DNA of 27,536 nt from contig MCFH01000140.1 of the NCBI GenBank assembly GCA_002104945.1, positions 1 to 27,536 on the forward strand, written 5' to 3'. Positions 12,104-27,536 of the stretch are shown here, one piece after another; positions within the stretch are counted from its first letter, which is position 1; each line of letters starts with the position of its first letter. The translations under genes and the position numbers were made by a program. The notes under the pieces were generated by a model. It was not told the origin of the DNA, did not search any database, and was given only the letters and a program-made list of their open reading frames with translations. Source of the stretch: Piromyces finnis finn (taxonomy: Eukaryota > Fungi > Neocallimastigomycota).

Positions 12104-13044
12104 TGTAAAAGTTTTACTAAACTTATAATTTAATATTAAAATATCAAATTAAATAAAAGGTTAAAAGATAACTAGGTTAGAAAAAAAATGTTTTATTAAA
12201 ATAATCTTAATTGATTTATAAATGAATAATTATATTATGTATTATAAGTTAAAATAATTCCTTTTTATTTTTTTTAAAGATATATATAATAATAAGATTA
12301 TTTAATAGTAAATACTTATTAAGTATTAATAAATAATAATCTTTACAAAGATTAATTCATAAAACTATTCTAAACTATTTATACTATTTGTAATTTTACA
12401 TTTAATACTAAAATAACTTTTTAGTACATGATTATATTCATAATATATTTTATAATACTAAAACTAAACTTAAGACTTATTACTAATTATTAAAAAATAA
12501 CTATTGTTTATATATTAATAAATTAAATTTCTAATTATAATTATTATTGTATAATTTTATAATTATAATTTAATTAAATTATAAATTATTTTATTATAAT
12601 AATTATTATAAATAAATTAAATAATTGAAAATAAAAAAATTAATTAAAAATAATTATTTTTTAATAATTAGTAATAATCTTAATTTAGTTTTAGTATTAT
12701 AAAATATATTATGAATATAACATGTACTAAAAGTTATTTTAGTATTAAATGTAAAATTACAAATAGTATAAATAGTTTAGAATAGTTTTATGAATTAAAT
12801 CTTTGTAAAGATTATTATCTTATTAATACTTAATAAGTATTACTATTAAATAATCTTATTATTATATATATCTTTAAATAAAATAAAAAGGAATTATTTT
12901 AACTATAATACATAATATAATTATTCATTTATAAATCAATTAAGATTATTTTAATAAAACATTTTTTTTCTAACCTAGTTATCTTTAACTTTTATTTAAT
13001 TTGATATTTTAATATTAAATTATAAGTTTAGTAAAACTTTTACA
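12104..13044. mobile_element. Two partial element B copies face-to-face across junction 2
   Basis: Outer ends TGTAAAAG at 12104 and CTTTTACA at 13044; B-specific variants. Confidence 0.75.
12510..12700. other. Fold-back junction 2 (plus to minus) inside element B
   Basis: Forward arm decays to ...aataattgaaaataa (cf. aattaattccggaaaataa) and reverse arm restarts at ttttaataattagtaataa; offset ~150 nt. Confidence 0.88.
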
Positions 13045-14792
13045 TGTTATCTTATATTGTTTTATCTCGACAGCTATTGTACGAGCTTTAACAATATCTA
13101 CTAGTTTTATTAATTTATTTTAAGTTATTTTATAGTTTTAATAGTTTTATTATTTTAATAATATTTATATAGAATAATAACACCAGATTTATTCTATAAA
13201 ATATTATTTATTATTAACACAATAATTACAAATTAGACAAGTTTAATTTCGTTTTTATATTTTCTTTTATTTATTGTTCTTACGCTCTTTTTAACAATAA
13301 TTTTTATTATATAAAAACTTATTTTTGTCTTTTAAATATTATTATGTATTCACTAATTAATTATATTAACTATTATTAAAATTTAACTTATTATTAATAA
13401 TCTAAGTCTTCTCATTTTCTACTAAAAATTATTATTATTCTTTATATTAAAAATGATTTTTATAATATATAAATTTATAAAATATTTGATTTTATGTAAA
13501 TTATATTTTTGTACTAAACTATATAAAATTATTTAATAATTATTTTTATAATAAAATATTCTACTAATATCAAATGTATAATATATTTATAATTATTATT
13601 TATCAACCTTGATACGCTACTCATATAAAAACATGATATAAACTAGCTGAATAAACACGACTTAACCCATAGTAACTTATAATAAAAATAAACAATAATA
13701 ATCCTTAAAAATGAATGAATAATAATTTTATGAAAATATAACCCTTTCTTTAAATAAATAATATTATCTTTATTATATAATAAATTCTGAGTAAAAACGA
13801 CCTAATAGTGATAATAATAAAATAAATTATTAAATAAAATAAATTATTAAATAAATAAAACGACTTAATCCAATAATGTACTAAAATAATAAAATAATAA
13901 TAAATAAATAAAAATGAATAAATAAACTAAAAATAAAATGATATACATCAAATTATTAATTCTAGTGTTTATCCAAGTGTTCTTTAGAAATACTCTTAAA
14001 CTTATAAATTAAAAAAATAACTAATTGAGTAATTATTACTAAAATGACAAACTTAAAACCTGGAAATAGAACAATAATAACAATTCCAAAGATAAAATAC
14101 AGAACTCTTTTATGTTTCTGTATAAAATGAGTGTTTATAATAATTGATACTTTTAATATTTTAATTTTGTTAAATTTTATTTTAATTTTATTTTAATTTT
14201 ATTTTAATATTATTTAATTTTAAATTTTAATTATTTTATTCAAGGTATTATACATTTAATGATAGTCAATGATAATTTATAATAATTTTTCTAAATTTAA
14301 ACATTTTGAAGTAATAAGAAAATCAAATAAGTAATATTCTATAATATTTATAATACTAAGACATATTTTAATTTATTCTTTTAATTTTAATAAATAATAG
14401 CAATAGTAATAATAATATTTAATAGTTAAAATAATAATACATGTAATAAATGAAAATGTATAAAAGGAAGATAAATTCTTCTTTATAAAAAGGGGGACAA
14501 TAAATAGAGAATAAAAAAGACAATAAACAGATAATAAATAAATTATAGAAATAGAATATAATAAAGATTTAATTTAAAACATAATAAGAGTTTATTTTCG
14601 AGTTTTGAGTGATTTATTTGTTAATTATAAAACATATTTTTATTTTATTTTAAATTTATTGTTTCATCATAATAATATAGAATTTATTATTTATTAAAAA
14701 CATTATATTATTCACAAATATATCGGTCAACGCATCAACCCTGATAAATAATAATTATAAATATATTATAAATTTGATATTAGTAGAAAATT

Positions 14793-15814
14793 TGTCACGA
14801 ATACTAGTGAAATCTACAATTTCAAGATCACTTGAAATTGTGAAATTACTTATAAAATTTCAAAATCAATAATATTTTATTTTCAAATAAATTATAAAAT
14901 TATATTAAGAAATATTTAAAAAATTTAGAAAAGGTTAAGATATGACTTAACCCTTAATAAAATTTATAATAATAACTTTAACCCTTATCGTCAAAATTAA
15001 ATAAGGAAAAACACGCGTATCTCCTTAACGAATAGCGATTTTTGAATAATGGTTGGGAGATTGTGGGTTCGTTAGAAAGTCACGCTCGAGATAACAACAT
15101 ATCTTAAAATCAGGTCAATATCTCTGCTGGTTCACGAGATATTTCAATTTAAAGATATTTTGTTAGTAATGATTAATTGTTTATTCAGAGAATGATCACC
15201 CCTGATGTATTGACATAAATCATTCACCCAAAAGGATATAAATTATTGTTTTAATTAAATTAAAATTATTTTCCGGAATTAATTAACTTTATTTTATAAT
15301 AATTATTTCAATAACATAACTTATAATCTTTGAATTAAAAGATTATAATTATTAAAATTATATGCAATGAATTATATTATAATTAAGAAATAATTAATAT
15401 TATAAATATATAAACAATAGTTATTTTTAATAATTAGTAATAAGTCTTAAGTTTAGTTTTAGTATTATAAAATATATTATGAATATAATCATGTATTAAA
15501 AAGTTATTTTATTATTAAATGTAAAATTACAATTAGTATAAATAGTTTAGAATAATTTTATGAAATTAAATCTTTGTAAAGATTATTATCTTATTATACT
15601 TAATAAGTATTATTATTAAATAATCTTATTATTATATATATTATTTAAATAAAATAAAGAAATTATTTTAACCATAATACATAACTTAATTATTCATTTA
15701 TAAGCAATTAAGATTATTTTAATAAAACATTTTTTTTTCTAACCTAGTTATCTTTAATCTTTTATTTAATTTAATATTTTAATATTAAATTATAAGTTTA
15801 GTAAAACTTTTACA
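14793..15814. mobile_element. Element A copy (inverted arm)
   Basis: TGTCACG...TTTTACA flanked by AAATT on both sides. Confidence 0.8.
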
Positions 15815-16298
15815 AAATTTTATTATAAAATAATTATTAAATAATTTTATATAGTTTAGTACAAAAATAGAAGAAAAATGGTCAATCCCGTAAATTTAAA
15901 CTTAAACGTCCCAAAATTTCTAAGAAAGTTATATTCAATAAAAATAATTATCATATAATTATAATTATTTAATTCATACCTTCTTATCCGAAAAGCCAGA
16001 AGAAGTAAGTAATTTAGAAGAACATATTATTGAGGATATTCCAGAACATACTATTTAATAAAATATTCTATTATTCAAAAATATATCGGTTAATGTATCA
16101 ATTAAAAATATATGTAACCTTTTATTTTCTTGTTATCTAGTAATTGATTTTTTTAATATAATCATTTATTACTTGAATAAAAATTGGGTATAATATATTC
16201 TAGTAATTTTAATTAAAGTAAGAAAGCCACTATTATACTAAAGTATAGTAATTGTATTCGACTTTCAATGGGATACCGAGTCAAAAATCAAATTTTTG

Positions 16299-17348
<1,050 letters not shown>

Positions 17349-17430
17349 CAAACATAAGGGTAATGGCAAAATTATTACTTTAATAAAATAAAATTATTAC
17401 TTTGATAAAACAAAAAAAAAATTAAAAGTA

Positions 17431-17502
17431 AGGGGCGTTCCGGATTTGAACCGAAGACCTATTGATCTGCAGTCAATTGCTCTACCGCTGAGCTAACACC
17501 CC
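17431..17502 (-). tRNA. trnC-GCA: tRNA-Cys(GCA)
   Basis: Exact reverse complement of 2099-2170. Confidence 0.97.
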
Positions 17503-17567
17503 ACTTTTGTTATTTTGTCACAATAACATATATAAAAATTTAAAAAATTTGGACACATGGAAAAAAT

Positions 17568-18592
17568 TGTCACGAATACTAGTGAAATTACAATTTCAAG
17601 ATCACTTGGAATTGTGAAATCACTTATGAAAATTCAAAATCAACAAATATTTTATTTTCAAATAAATTATAAAATTTTATTAAGAAATATTTAAAAATTT
17701 AGAAAAGGTTAAAATATGACCTTAACCCTTAATAATTTTTATAATAAATAACTTTAACCCTTATCGTTAAAATGGAATAAGAAAAAACACGCGTATCTCC
17801 TCAACGAATGACGATTTTTGAATAATAATATTTTGGTTATAATTAAGTTCGTTAGAAAGCCACGCTCGAGACAAACAACATATCTTAAAATCAGGTCATA
17901 TCTCTGCTGGTTCACGAGATATTTCAATTTAAAGATATTTTGTTAGTAATGATTAATTGTTTATTCAGAGAATGATCACCCTGATGTATTGACATAAATC
18001 ATTCACCCAAAAGGATTAAATTATTGTTTTAATTAAATTAAAATTATTTTCCGGAATTAATTAACTTTATTTTATAATAATTATTTCAATAACATAACTT
18101 ATAATCTTTGAATTAAAAGATTATAATTATTAAAATTATATGCAATGAATTATATTATAATTAAGAAATAATTAATATTATAAATATATAAACAATAGTT
18201 ATTTTTAATAATTAGTAATAAGTCTTAAGTTTAGTTTTAGTATTATAAAATATATTATGAATATAATCATGTACTAAAAAGTTATTTTAGTATTAAATGT
18301 AAATTACAAATAGTATAAATAGTTTAGAATAGTTTTATGAATTAAATCTTTGTAAAGATTATTATCTTATTAATACTTAATAAGTATTACTATTAAATAA
18401 TCTTATTATTATATATTCTTTAAATAAAATAAAAAGGAATTATTTTAACTATAATACATAATATAATTATTCATTTATAAATCAATTAAGATTATTTTAA
18501 TAAAACATTTTTTTTCTAACCTAGTTATCTTTTAACCTTTTATTTAATTTGATATTTTAATATTAAATTATAAGTTTAGTAAAACTTTTACA
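17568..18592. mobile_element. Element B copy (inverted arm)
   Basis: Reverse complement of 6562-7592. Confidence 0.78.
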
Positions 18593-20324
18593 TGTTATCT
18601 TATATTGTTTTATCTCGACAGCTATTGTACGAGCTTTAACAATATCTACTAGTTTTATTAATTTATTTTAAGTTATTTTATAGTTTTAATAGTTTTATTA
18701 TTTTAATAATATTTATATAGAATAATAACACCAGATTTATTCTATAAAATATTATTTATTATTAACACAATAATTACAAATTAGACAAGTTTAATTTCGT
18801 TTTATATTTTCTTTTATTTATTGTTCTTACGCTCTTTTTAACAATAATTTTTATTATATAAAACTTATTTTTGTCTTTTAAATATTATTATGTATTCACT
18901 AATTAATTATATTAACTATTATTAAATTTAACTTATTATTAATAATCTAAGTCTTCTCATTTTCTACTAAAATTATTATTATTCTTTATATTAAAAATGA
19001 TTTTTATAATATATAAATTTATAAAATATTTGATTTTATGTAAATTATATTTTTGTACTAAACTATATAAATTATTTAATAATTATTTTTATAATAAAAT
19101 ATTCTACTAATATCAAATGTATAATATATTTATAATTTTATTTATCAACCTTGATACGCTACTCATATAAAACATGATATAAACTAGCTGAATAAACACG
19201 ACTTAACCATAGTAACTTATAATAAAAATAAACAATAATAATCCTTAAAAATGAATGAATAATAATTTTATGAAAATATAACCCTTTCTTTAAATAATAA
19301 TATTATCTTTATTATATAATAAATTCTGAGTAAAAACGACCTATAGTGATAATAATAAAATAAATTATTAATAAAATAATTATTAAATAAATAAAACGAC
19401 TTAATCCAATAATGTATAAAATAATAAAATAATATAAATAAATAAAAATGAATAAATAAACTAAAAATAAATGATATACATCAAATTATTAATTCTAGTG
19501 TTTATCCAAGTGTTCTTTAGAAATACTCTTAAACTTATAAATTAAAAAAATAACTAATTGAGTAATTATTACTAAAATGACAAACTTAAAACCTGGAAAT
19601 AGAACAATAATAACAATTCCAAAGATAAATACAGAACTCTTTTATGTTTCTGTATAAAATGAGTGTTTATAATAATTGATACTTTTAATATTTTAATTTT
19701 GTTAAATTTTATTTTAATTTTATTTTAATTTTATTTTAATATTATTTTAATTTTAAATTTTAATTATTTTATTCAAGGTATTATACATTTAATGATAGTC
19801 AATGATAATTTATAATAATTTTTCTAAATTTAAACATTTTGAAGTAATAAGAAAATCAAATAAGTAATATTCTATAATATTTTATAATACTAAGACATAA
19901 TTTTAATTTATTCTTTTAATTTTAATAAATATAGCAATAGTAATAATAATATTTAATAGTTAAAAATAATAATACATGTAATAAATGAAAATGTATAAAA
20001 GGAAGATAAAATTCTTCTTTATAAAAAGGGGGACAATAATAGAGAATAAAAAGACAATAAACAGATAATAAATAAATTATAGAAATAGAATATAATAAAG
20101 ATTTAATTTAAAACATAATAAAGTTTATTTTCGAGTTTTGAGTGATTTATTGTTAATTATAAAACATATTTTTATTTTATTTTAAATTTATTGTTTCATC
20201 ATAATAATATAGAATTTATTATTTATTAAAAACATTATATTATTCACAAATATATCGGTCAACGCATCAACCCTGATAAATAATAATTATAAATATATTA
20301 TAAATTTGATATTAGTAGAAAATT

Positions 20325-22231
20325 TGTCACGAATACTAGTGAAATCTACAATTTCAAGATCACTTGAAATTGTGAAATTACTTATAAAATTTCAAAATCA
20401 ATAATATTTTATTTTCAAATAAATTATAAATTATATTAAGAAATATTTAAAAATTTAGAAAAGGTTAAGATATGACCTTAACCCTTAATAAAATTTATAA
20501 TAAATAACTTTAACCCTTATCGTCAAAATTAAATAAGGAAAAACACGCGTATCTCCTTAACGAATAGCGATTTTTGAATAATGGTTGGGAGATTGTGGGT
20601 TCGTTAGAAAGTCCGCTCGAGATAAACAACATATCTTAAAATCAGGTCAATATCTTGCTGGTTACGAGATATTTCAATTTAAAGATATTTGTTAGTAATG
20701 ATTAATGTTTATTCAGAGAATGATCACCCTGATGTATTGACATAAATATACCCAAGATATAAATTATTGTTTTAATTAAATTAAAATATTTTCCGGATTA
20801 ATTAACTTTATTTTATAATAATTATTTCAATAACATAACTTATAATCTTTGAATTAAAAGATTATAATTATTAAAATTATATGCAATGAATTTATTATAA
20901 TTAAGAAATAATTAATATTATAAATATATAAACATAGTTATTTTTAATAATTAGTAATAAGTCTTAAGTTTAGTTTTAGTATTATAAAATATATTATGAA
21001 TAATCATTATTAAAAGTTATTTTATTATTAAATGTAAAATTACAATTAGTATAAATAGTTTAGAATAATTTTATGAAATTAAATCTTTGTAAAATTATTA
21101 TCTTATTAATACTTAATAAGTATTATTATTAAATAATCTTATTATTATATATATATTTAATAAAATAAAGAAATTATTTTAACCATAATACATAATTAAT
21201 TATTCATTTATAAGCAATTAAGATTATTTTAATAAAAACATTTTTTTCTAACCAGTTATCTTTAATCTTTTATTTAATTTAATTTTTAATATAATTATAA
21301 GTTAGTAAAACTTTTACAAAATTTTATTATAAAATATTATTAAATAATTTTATATAGTTTATACATGTTTAAAATATTTTATTTATTTAAATAATATATA
21401 TAATAATAAGATTATTTAATAATAATACTTATAAGTATTAATAAGATATAATCTTTACAAAGATTTAATTTCATAAAATTATTCTAAACTATTTATACTA
21501 ATTGTATATTTTACATTAATAACTTTTTAATACATGATTATATTCATATATATTTTATAATACTAAAACTAAACTTAAGACTTATTACTAATTATTAAAA
21601 TAACTATTGTTTATATATTTATAATATTAATTATTTCTTAATTATAATATAATTCATTGCATATAATTTAATAATTATAATCTTTTAATTCAAAGATTAT
21701 AAGTTATGTTATTGAAATAATTATTATAAAATAAAGTTAATTAATTCCGGAAATAATTTTAATTTAATTAAAACAATAATTTATATCCTTTTGGGTGAAT
21801 GATTTATGTCAATACATCAGGGGTGATCATTCTCTGAATAAACAATTAATCATTACTAACAAAATATCTTTAAATTGAAATATCTCGTGAACCAGCAGAG
21901 ATATTGACCTGATTTTAAGATATGTTGTTTATCTCGAGCGTGACTTTCTAACGAACCCACAATCTCCCAACCATTATTCAAAAATCGCTATTCGTTAAGG
22001 AGATACGCGTGTTTTTCCTTATTTAATTTTGACGATAAGGGTTAAAGTTATTTATTATAAATTTTATTAAGGGTTAAGGTCATATCTTAACCTTTTCTAA
22101 ATTTTTTAAATATTTCTTAATAAATTTTATAATTTATTTGAAAATAAAATATTATTGATTTTGAAATTTTATAAGTAATTTCACAATTTCAAGTGATCTT
22201 GAAATTGTAGATTTCACTAGTATTCGTGACA
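20325..22231. mobile_element. Element A copy (20325-21318, inverted) plus partial A copy (21377-22231) across junction 3
   Basis: A-specific variants (aacccacaatctcccaacc) in both. Confidence 0.77.
21355..21385. other. Fold-back junction 3 (minus to plus) at the left end of element A
   Basis: Reverse arm runs to the equivalent of ~3737 and forward arm resumes at the equivalent of ~3940, giving an inversion with a ~200-nt unpaired spacer. Confidence 0.88.
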
Positions 22232-23979
22232 AATTTTCTACTAATATCAAATTTATAATATATTTATAATTATTATTTATCAGGGTTGATGCGTTGACCG
22301 ATATATTTGTGAATAATATAATGTTTTTAATAAATAATAAATTCTATATTATTATGATGAAACAATAAATTTAAAATAAAATAAAAATATGTTTTATAAT
22401 TAACAAATAAATCACTCAAAACTCGAAAATAAACTCTTATTATGTTTTAAATTAAATCTTTATTATATTCTATTTCTATAATTTATTTATTATCTGTTTA
22501 TTGTCTTTTTTATTCTCTATTTATTGTCCCCCTTTTTATAAAGAAGAATTTTATCTTCCTTTTATACATTTTCATTTATTACATGTATTATTATTTTTAA
22601 CTATTAAATATTATTATTACTATTGCTATTATTTATTAAAATTAAAAGAATAAATTAAAATTATGTCTTAGTATTATAAAATATTATAGAATATTACTTA
22701 TTTGATTTTCTTATTACTTCAAAATGTTTAAATTTAGAAAAATTATTATAAATTATCATTGACTATCATTAAATGTATAATACCTTGAATAAAATAATTA
22801 AAATTTAAAATTAATAATATTAAAATAAAATTAAAATAAAATTAAAATAAAAATTTAACAAAATTAAAATATTAAAAGTATCAATTATTATAAACACTCA
22901 TTTTATACAGAAACATAAAAGAGTTCTGTATTTTATCTTTGGAATTGTTATTATTGTTCTATTTCCAGGTTTTAAGTTTGTCATTTTAGTAATAATTACT
23001 CAATTAGTTATTTTTTTAATTTATAAGTTTAAGAGTATTTCTAAAGAACACTTGGATAAACACTAGAATTAATAATTTGATGTATATCATTTTATTTTTA
23101 GTTTATTTATTCATTTTTATTTATTTATTATTATTTTATTATTTTAGTACATTATTGGATTAAGTCGTTTTATTTTATTTAATAATTTATTTTATTTAAT
23201 AATTTATTTTATTATTATCACTATTAGGTCGTTTTTACTCAGAATTTATTATATAATAAAGATAATATTATTTATTTAAAGAAAGGGTTATATTTTCATA
23301 AAATTATTATTCATTCATTTTTAAGGATTATTATTGTTTATTTTTATTATAAGTTTATGGGTTAAGTCGTGTTTATTCAGCTAGTTTATATCATGTTTTT
23401 ATATGAGTAGCGTATCAAGGTTGATAAATAATAATTATAAATATATTATACATTTGATATTAGTAGAATATTTTATTATAAAAATAATTATTAAATAATT
23501 TTATATAGTTTAGTACAAAAATATAATTTACATAAAATCAAATATTTTATAAATTTTATATTTTATAAAAATCATTTTAAATATAAGAATAATAATAATT
23601 TTTAGTAGAAAAATGAGAAGACTTAGATTATTAATAATAAGTTAAATTTAATAATAGTTAATATAATTAATTAGTGAATACATAATAATATTTAAAGACA
23701 AAAAATAAGTTTTTATATAATAAAAATTATTGTTAAAAAGAGCGTAAGAACAATAAATAAAGAAAATATAAAAACGAAATTAAACTTGTCTAATTTGTAA
23801 TTATTGTGTTAATAATAAATAATATTTTATAGAATAAATCTGGTGTTATTATTCTATATAAATATTATTAAAATAATAAACTATTAAAACTATAAAATAA
23901 CTTAAAATAAATTAATAAAACTAGTAGATATTGTTAAAGCTCGTACAATAGCTGTCGAGATAAAAAATATAAGATAACA

Positions 23980-24990
23980 TGTAAAAGTTTTACTAAACTT
24001 ATAATTTAATATTAAATATCAAATTAAATAAAAGGTTAAAAGATAACTAGGTTAGAAAAAAAATGTTTTTTAAATAATCTTAATTGATTTATAAATGAAT
24101 AATATATTATGTATTATAGTTAAAATAATTCCTTTTTATTTTATTTAAAGAATATATATAATAATAAGATTATTTAATAGTAATACTTATAAGTATAATA
24201 AGATAATATCTTTACAAAGATTTAATTCATAAAACTATTCTAACTATTTATACTATTGTAATTTTACATTTAATACTAAAATAACTTTTAGTACATGATT
24301 ATATTCATAATATATTTATAATACTAAAACTAAACTAAGACTTATTACTAATTATTAAAAATAACTATTGTTTATATATTTATAATATAATTATTTCTTA
24401 ATTATAATAATTCATTGCATATAATTTTAATAATTATAATCTTTTAATTCAAAGATTATAAGTTATGTTATTGAAATAATTATTATAAAATAAGTTAATT
24501 AATTCCGGAAAATAATTTTAATTTAATTAAAACAATAATTTATATCCTTTTGGGTGAATGATTATGTCAATACATCAGGGGTGATCATTCTCCTGAATAA
24601 ACAATTAATCATTACTAACAAAATATCTTTAAATTGAATATCTCGTGAACCAGCAGAGATATTGACCTGATTTTAAGATATGTTGTTTGTCTCGAGCGTG
24701 GCTTTCTAACGAACTTAATTATAACCAAAATATTATTATTCAAAAATCGTCATTCGTTGAGGAGATACGCGTGTTTTTTCTTATTCCATTTTAACGATAA
24801 GGGTTAAAGTTATTTATTATAAAAAATTATTAAGGGTTAAGGTCATATTTTAACCTTTTCTAAATTTTTAAATATTTCTTAATAAATTTTATAATTATTT
24901 GAAAATAAAATATTTGTTGATTTTGATTTCATAAGTGATTTCACAATTCCAAGTGATCTTGAAATTGTAATTTCACTAGTATTCGTGACA
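23980..24990. mobile_element. Element B copy
   Basis: Same ends and flanks as 6562-7592, with more 1-nt deletions. Confidence 0.78.
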
Positions 24991-25054
24991 ATTTTTTCCA
25001 TGTGTCCAAATTTTTTAAATTTTTATATATGTTATTGTGACAAATAACAAAAGT

Positions 25055-25126
25055 GGGGTGTTAGCTCAGCGGTAGAGCAATTGACTGCAGATCAATAGGT
25101 CTTCGGTTCAAATCCGGAACGCCCCT
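25055..25126 (+). tRNA. trnC-GCA: tRNA-Cys(GCA)
   Basis: Identical to 2099-2170. Confidence 0.97.
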
Positions 25127-25208
25127 TACTTTTTAATTTTTTTTTTGTTTTATCAAAGTAATAATTTTATTTTATTAAGTAATAATTTTGCCATTACCCT
25201 TATGTTTG

Positions 25209-25719
25209 ATGAATGAGACACCAGCTAATATTAGTAATAATAAGAAGTCAAGTCGGCTTTCCTCTATTCTCCTAATTATAGCCGGTGTTCATAAAGCTGT
25301 ATTGTTATATATATATACTCTATTTCAGAAGATATGAATATTCATTCATTGTTAGCAAAATGCGCATTAGCTCAGATTAGATGTTTTAACAAGTAGAAAA
25401 ACTCAAAATGTATTATTTCATACCTTGTCAATTACATTCCTAAATTTAGAAAATATACATGGTATACATGGAATTATGTAGGACTCTTGATAAAAAATTA
25501 AAGAAGCATGGAGATGCTAAATCAGTTAAAAACTTTTATTGGAAAGATCTCAAAGGAAATTCAATCAAAGCGTAATATTATGATGATAATAAATTTATTG
25601 AAACTAAAGATTTTATTAATTATATTATGAGTACTCAAATTTTTTTTGGGTTTCTACTTGCCTATTGAAAGCAAGAAGTGGATATTCCAACAGTCCTATC
25701 AACAATAATAATAATAATA

Positions 25720-25778
<59 letters not shown>

Positions 25779-25780
25779 TA

Positions 25781-25818
<38 letters not shown>

Positions 25819-26254
25819 GTTTTAATAATAATTTAAATATATTATTAATAATAGCTATAGTGAAGATAACAATTATAATTTAGATAGTAATTTAGTTAAT
25901 AATAGTAATAGTTCTAATAATCCGGTGAATATTAATGTGTATGATTATTTTAATGTGTACAATAAAATATTTTAATTCCTTCTTGAGGAAAGAAATTTTA
26001 ACAATATCAATTTCAATTCAAGGGAATGGAAAGAACTTTGCAAGTGTCAGATTCAATCGGGCACTTACGAAGGAACACCATTCTTGACGGTAACAGCGGA
26101 ACTTCTAACCAAAATAATGTCTTATGTTAATGGCTAGCAATGGTCAATGTTCAAAAGGTTTGAAGCAACAGTTAAGAGCGTCAATGTTGAAGAAACTATA
26201 AGACAGACCATGAGGGTCAGCGCAACTAATGGAGATCATAATTTTATCCCATGA
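25209..26254 (+). CDS. Copy of the poly-Asn gene (more indel noise)
   Basis: Colinear with 7812-8861. Confidence 0.5.
25704..25817 (+). repeat. (AAT)39 with three 1-nt deletions
   Basis: 114 nt plus three missing A. Confidence 0.93.
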
Positions 26255-26738
26255 CAAAAATTTGATTTTTGACTCGGTATCCCATTGAAAGTCGAATACA
26301 ATTACTATACTTTAGTATAATAGTGGCTTTCTTACTTTAATTAAAATTACTAGAATATATTATACCCAATTTTTATTCAAGTAATAAATGATTATATTAA
26401 AAAAATCAATTACTAGATAACAAGAAAATAAAAGGTTACATATATTTTTAATTGATACATTAACCGATATATTTTTGAATAATAGAATATTTTATTAAAT
26501 AGTATGTTCTGGAATATCCTCAATAATATGTTCTTCTAAATTACTTACTTCTTCTGGCTTTTCGGATAAGAAGGTATGAATTAAATAATTATAATTATAT
26601 GATAATTATTTTTATTGAATATAACTTTCTTAGAAATTTTGGGACGTTTAAGTTTAAATTTACGGGATTGACCATTTTTCTTCTATTTTTGTACTAAACT
26701 ATATAAAATTATTTAATAATTATTTTATAATAAAATTT

Positions 26739-27536
26739 TGTAAAAGTTTTACTAAACTTATAATTTAATATTAAAATATTAAATTAAATAAAAGATTAAA
26801 GATAACTAGGTTAGAAAAAAAATGTTTTATTAAAATAATCTTAATTGCTTTATAAATGAATAATTAAGTTATGTATTATGGTTAAAATAATTTCTTTTAT
26901 TTTATTTAAATAATATATATAATAATAAGATTATTTAATAATAATACTTATTAAGTATTAATAAGATAATAATCTTTACAAAGATTTAATTTCATAAAAT
27001 TATTCTAAACTATTTATACTAATTGTAATTTTACATTTAATAATAAAATAACTTTTTAATACATGATTATATTCATAATATATTTTATAATACTAAAACT
27101 AAACTTAAGACTTATTACTAATTATTAAAAATAACTATTGTTTATATATTTATAATATTAATTATTTCTTAATTATAATATAATTCATTGCATATAATTT
27201 TAATAATTATAATCTTTTAATTCAAAGATTATAAGTTATGTTATTGAAATAATATTATTAAAATAAAGTTAATTAATTCCGGAAAATAATTTTAATTTAA
27301 TTAAAACAATAATTTATATCCTTTTGGGTGAATGATTTATGTCAATACATCAGGGGTGATCATTCTCTGAATAAACAATTAATCATTACTAACAAAATAT
27401 CTTTAAATTGAAATATCTCGTGAACCAGCAGAGATATTGACCTGATTTTAAGATATGTTGTTTATCTCGAGCGTGACTTTCTAACGAACCCACAATCTCC
27501 CAACCATTATTCAAAAATCGCTATTCGTTAAGGAGA
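26739..27536. mobile_element. Element A copy, cut by window end
   Basis: Starts AATTT-TGTAAAAG; A-specific variants. Confidence 0.78.

Larger units (their letters stand above)
21377..27536 (+). repeat. Plus-strand arm, ~1.1 units (equivalent to ~3940-10137)
   Basis: Resumes inside element A, then spacer, B, tRNA (25055-25126), gene, A (cut by window end). Confidence 0.96.

Noticed and set aside
12510-12700. Apparently novel pure-AT sequence at the central palindrome
   Set aside because: It aligns to the element B core with G/C and other bases dropped, i.e. degraded base calling or consensus at the turn.

Overview
Extremely AT-rich eukaryotic DNA with only about 5.56 kb of unique sequence. 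One unit is repeated head-to-tail and read back and forth through three fold-back junctions (~1385, ~12645, ~21370), giving four arms: minus 1-1384, plus 1387-12640, minus 12650-21365 and plus 21377-27536. Copies differ almost only by 1-nt deletions, which pile up near the turns, so the palindromic layout is most likely an amplification (MDA/RCA) or long-read artefact of a 5.56-kb circle or tandem dimer. The unit contains: (i) an intact tRNA-Cys(GCA); (ii) two ~1.03-kb copies (A, B) of a TGT...ACA-bounded solo-LTR-like element, separated on both sides by 1753 bp of unique DNA; (iii) three protein-like frames that read only if TAA/TAG encode Gln (ciliate-type code), which is why the standard-code ORF track misses them. 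Copy A has a 5-bp target-site duplication (AATTT). Removing A plus one TSD restores a continuous TGA-free frame whose internal repeats differ partly by synonymous changes, and an empty-site paralogue lies in the same unit. Copy B truncates another frame, sits 65 bp upstream of the tRNA and has non-matching flanks, so it is the likely recombination joint of the unit. No product could be assigned to any protein, and the organism (ciliate-like) is inferred, not established.
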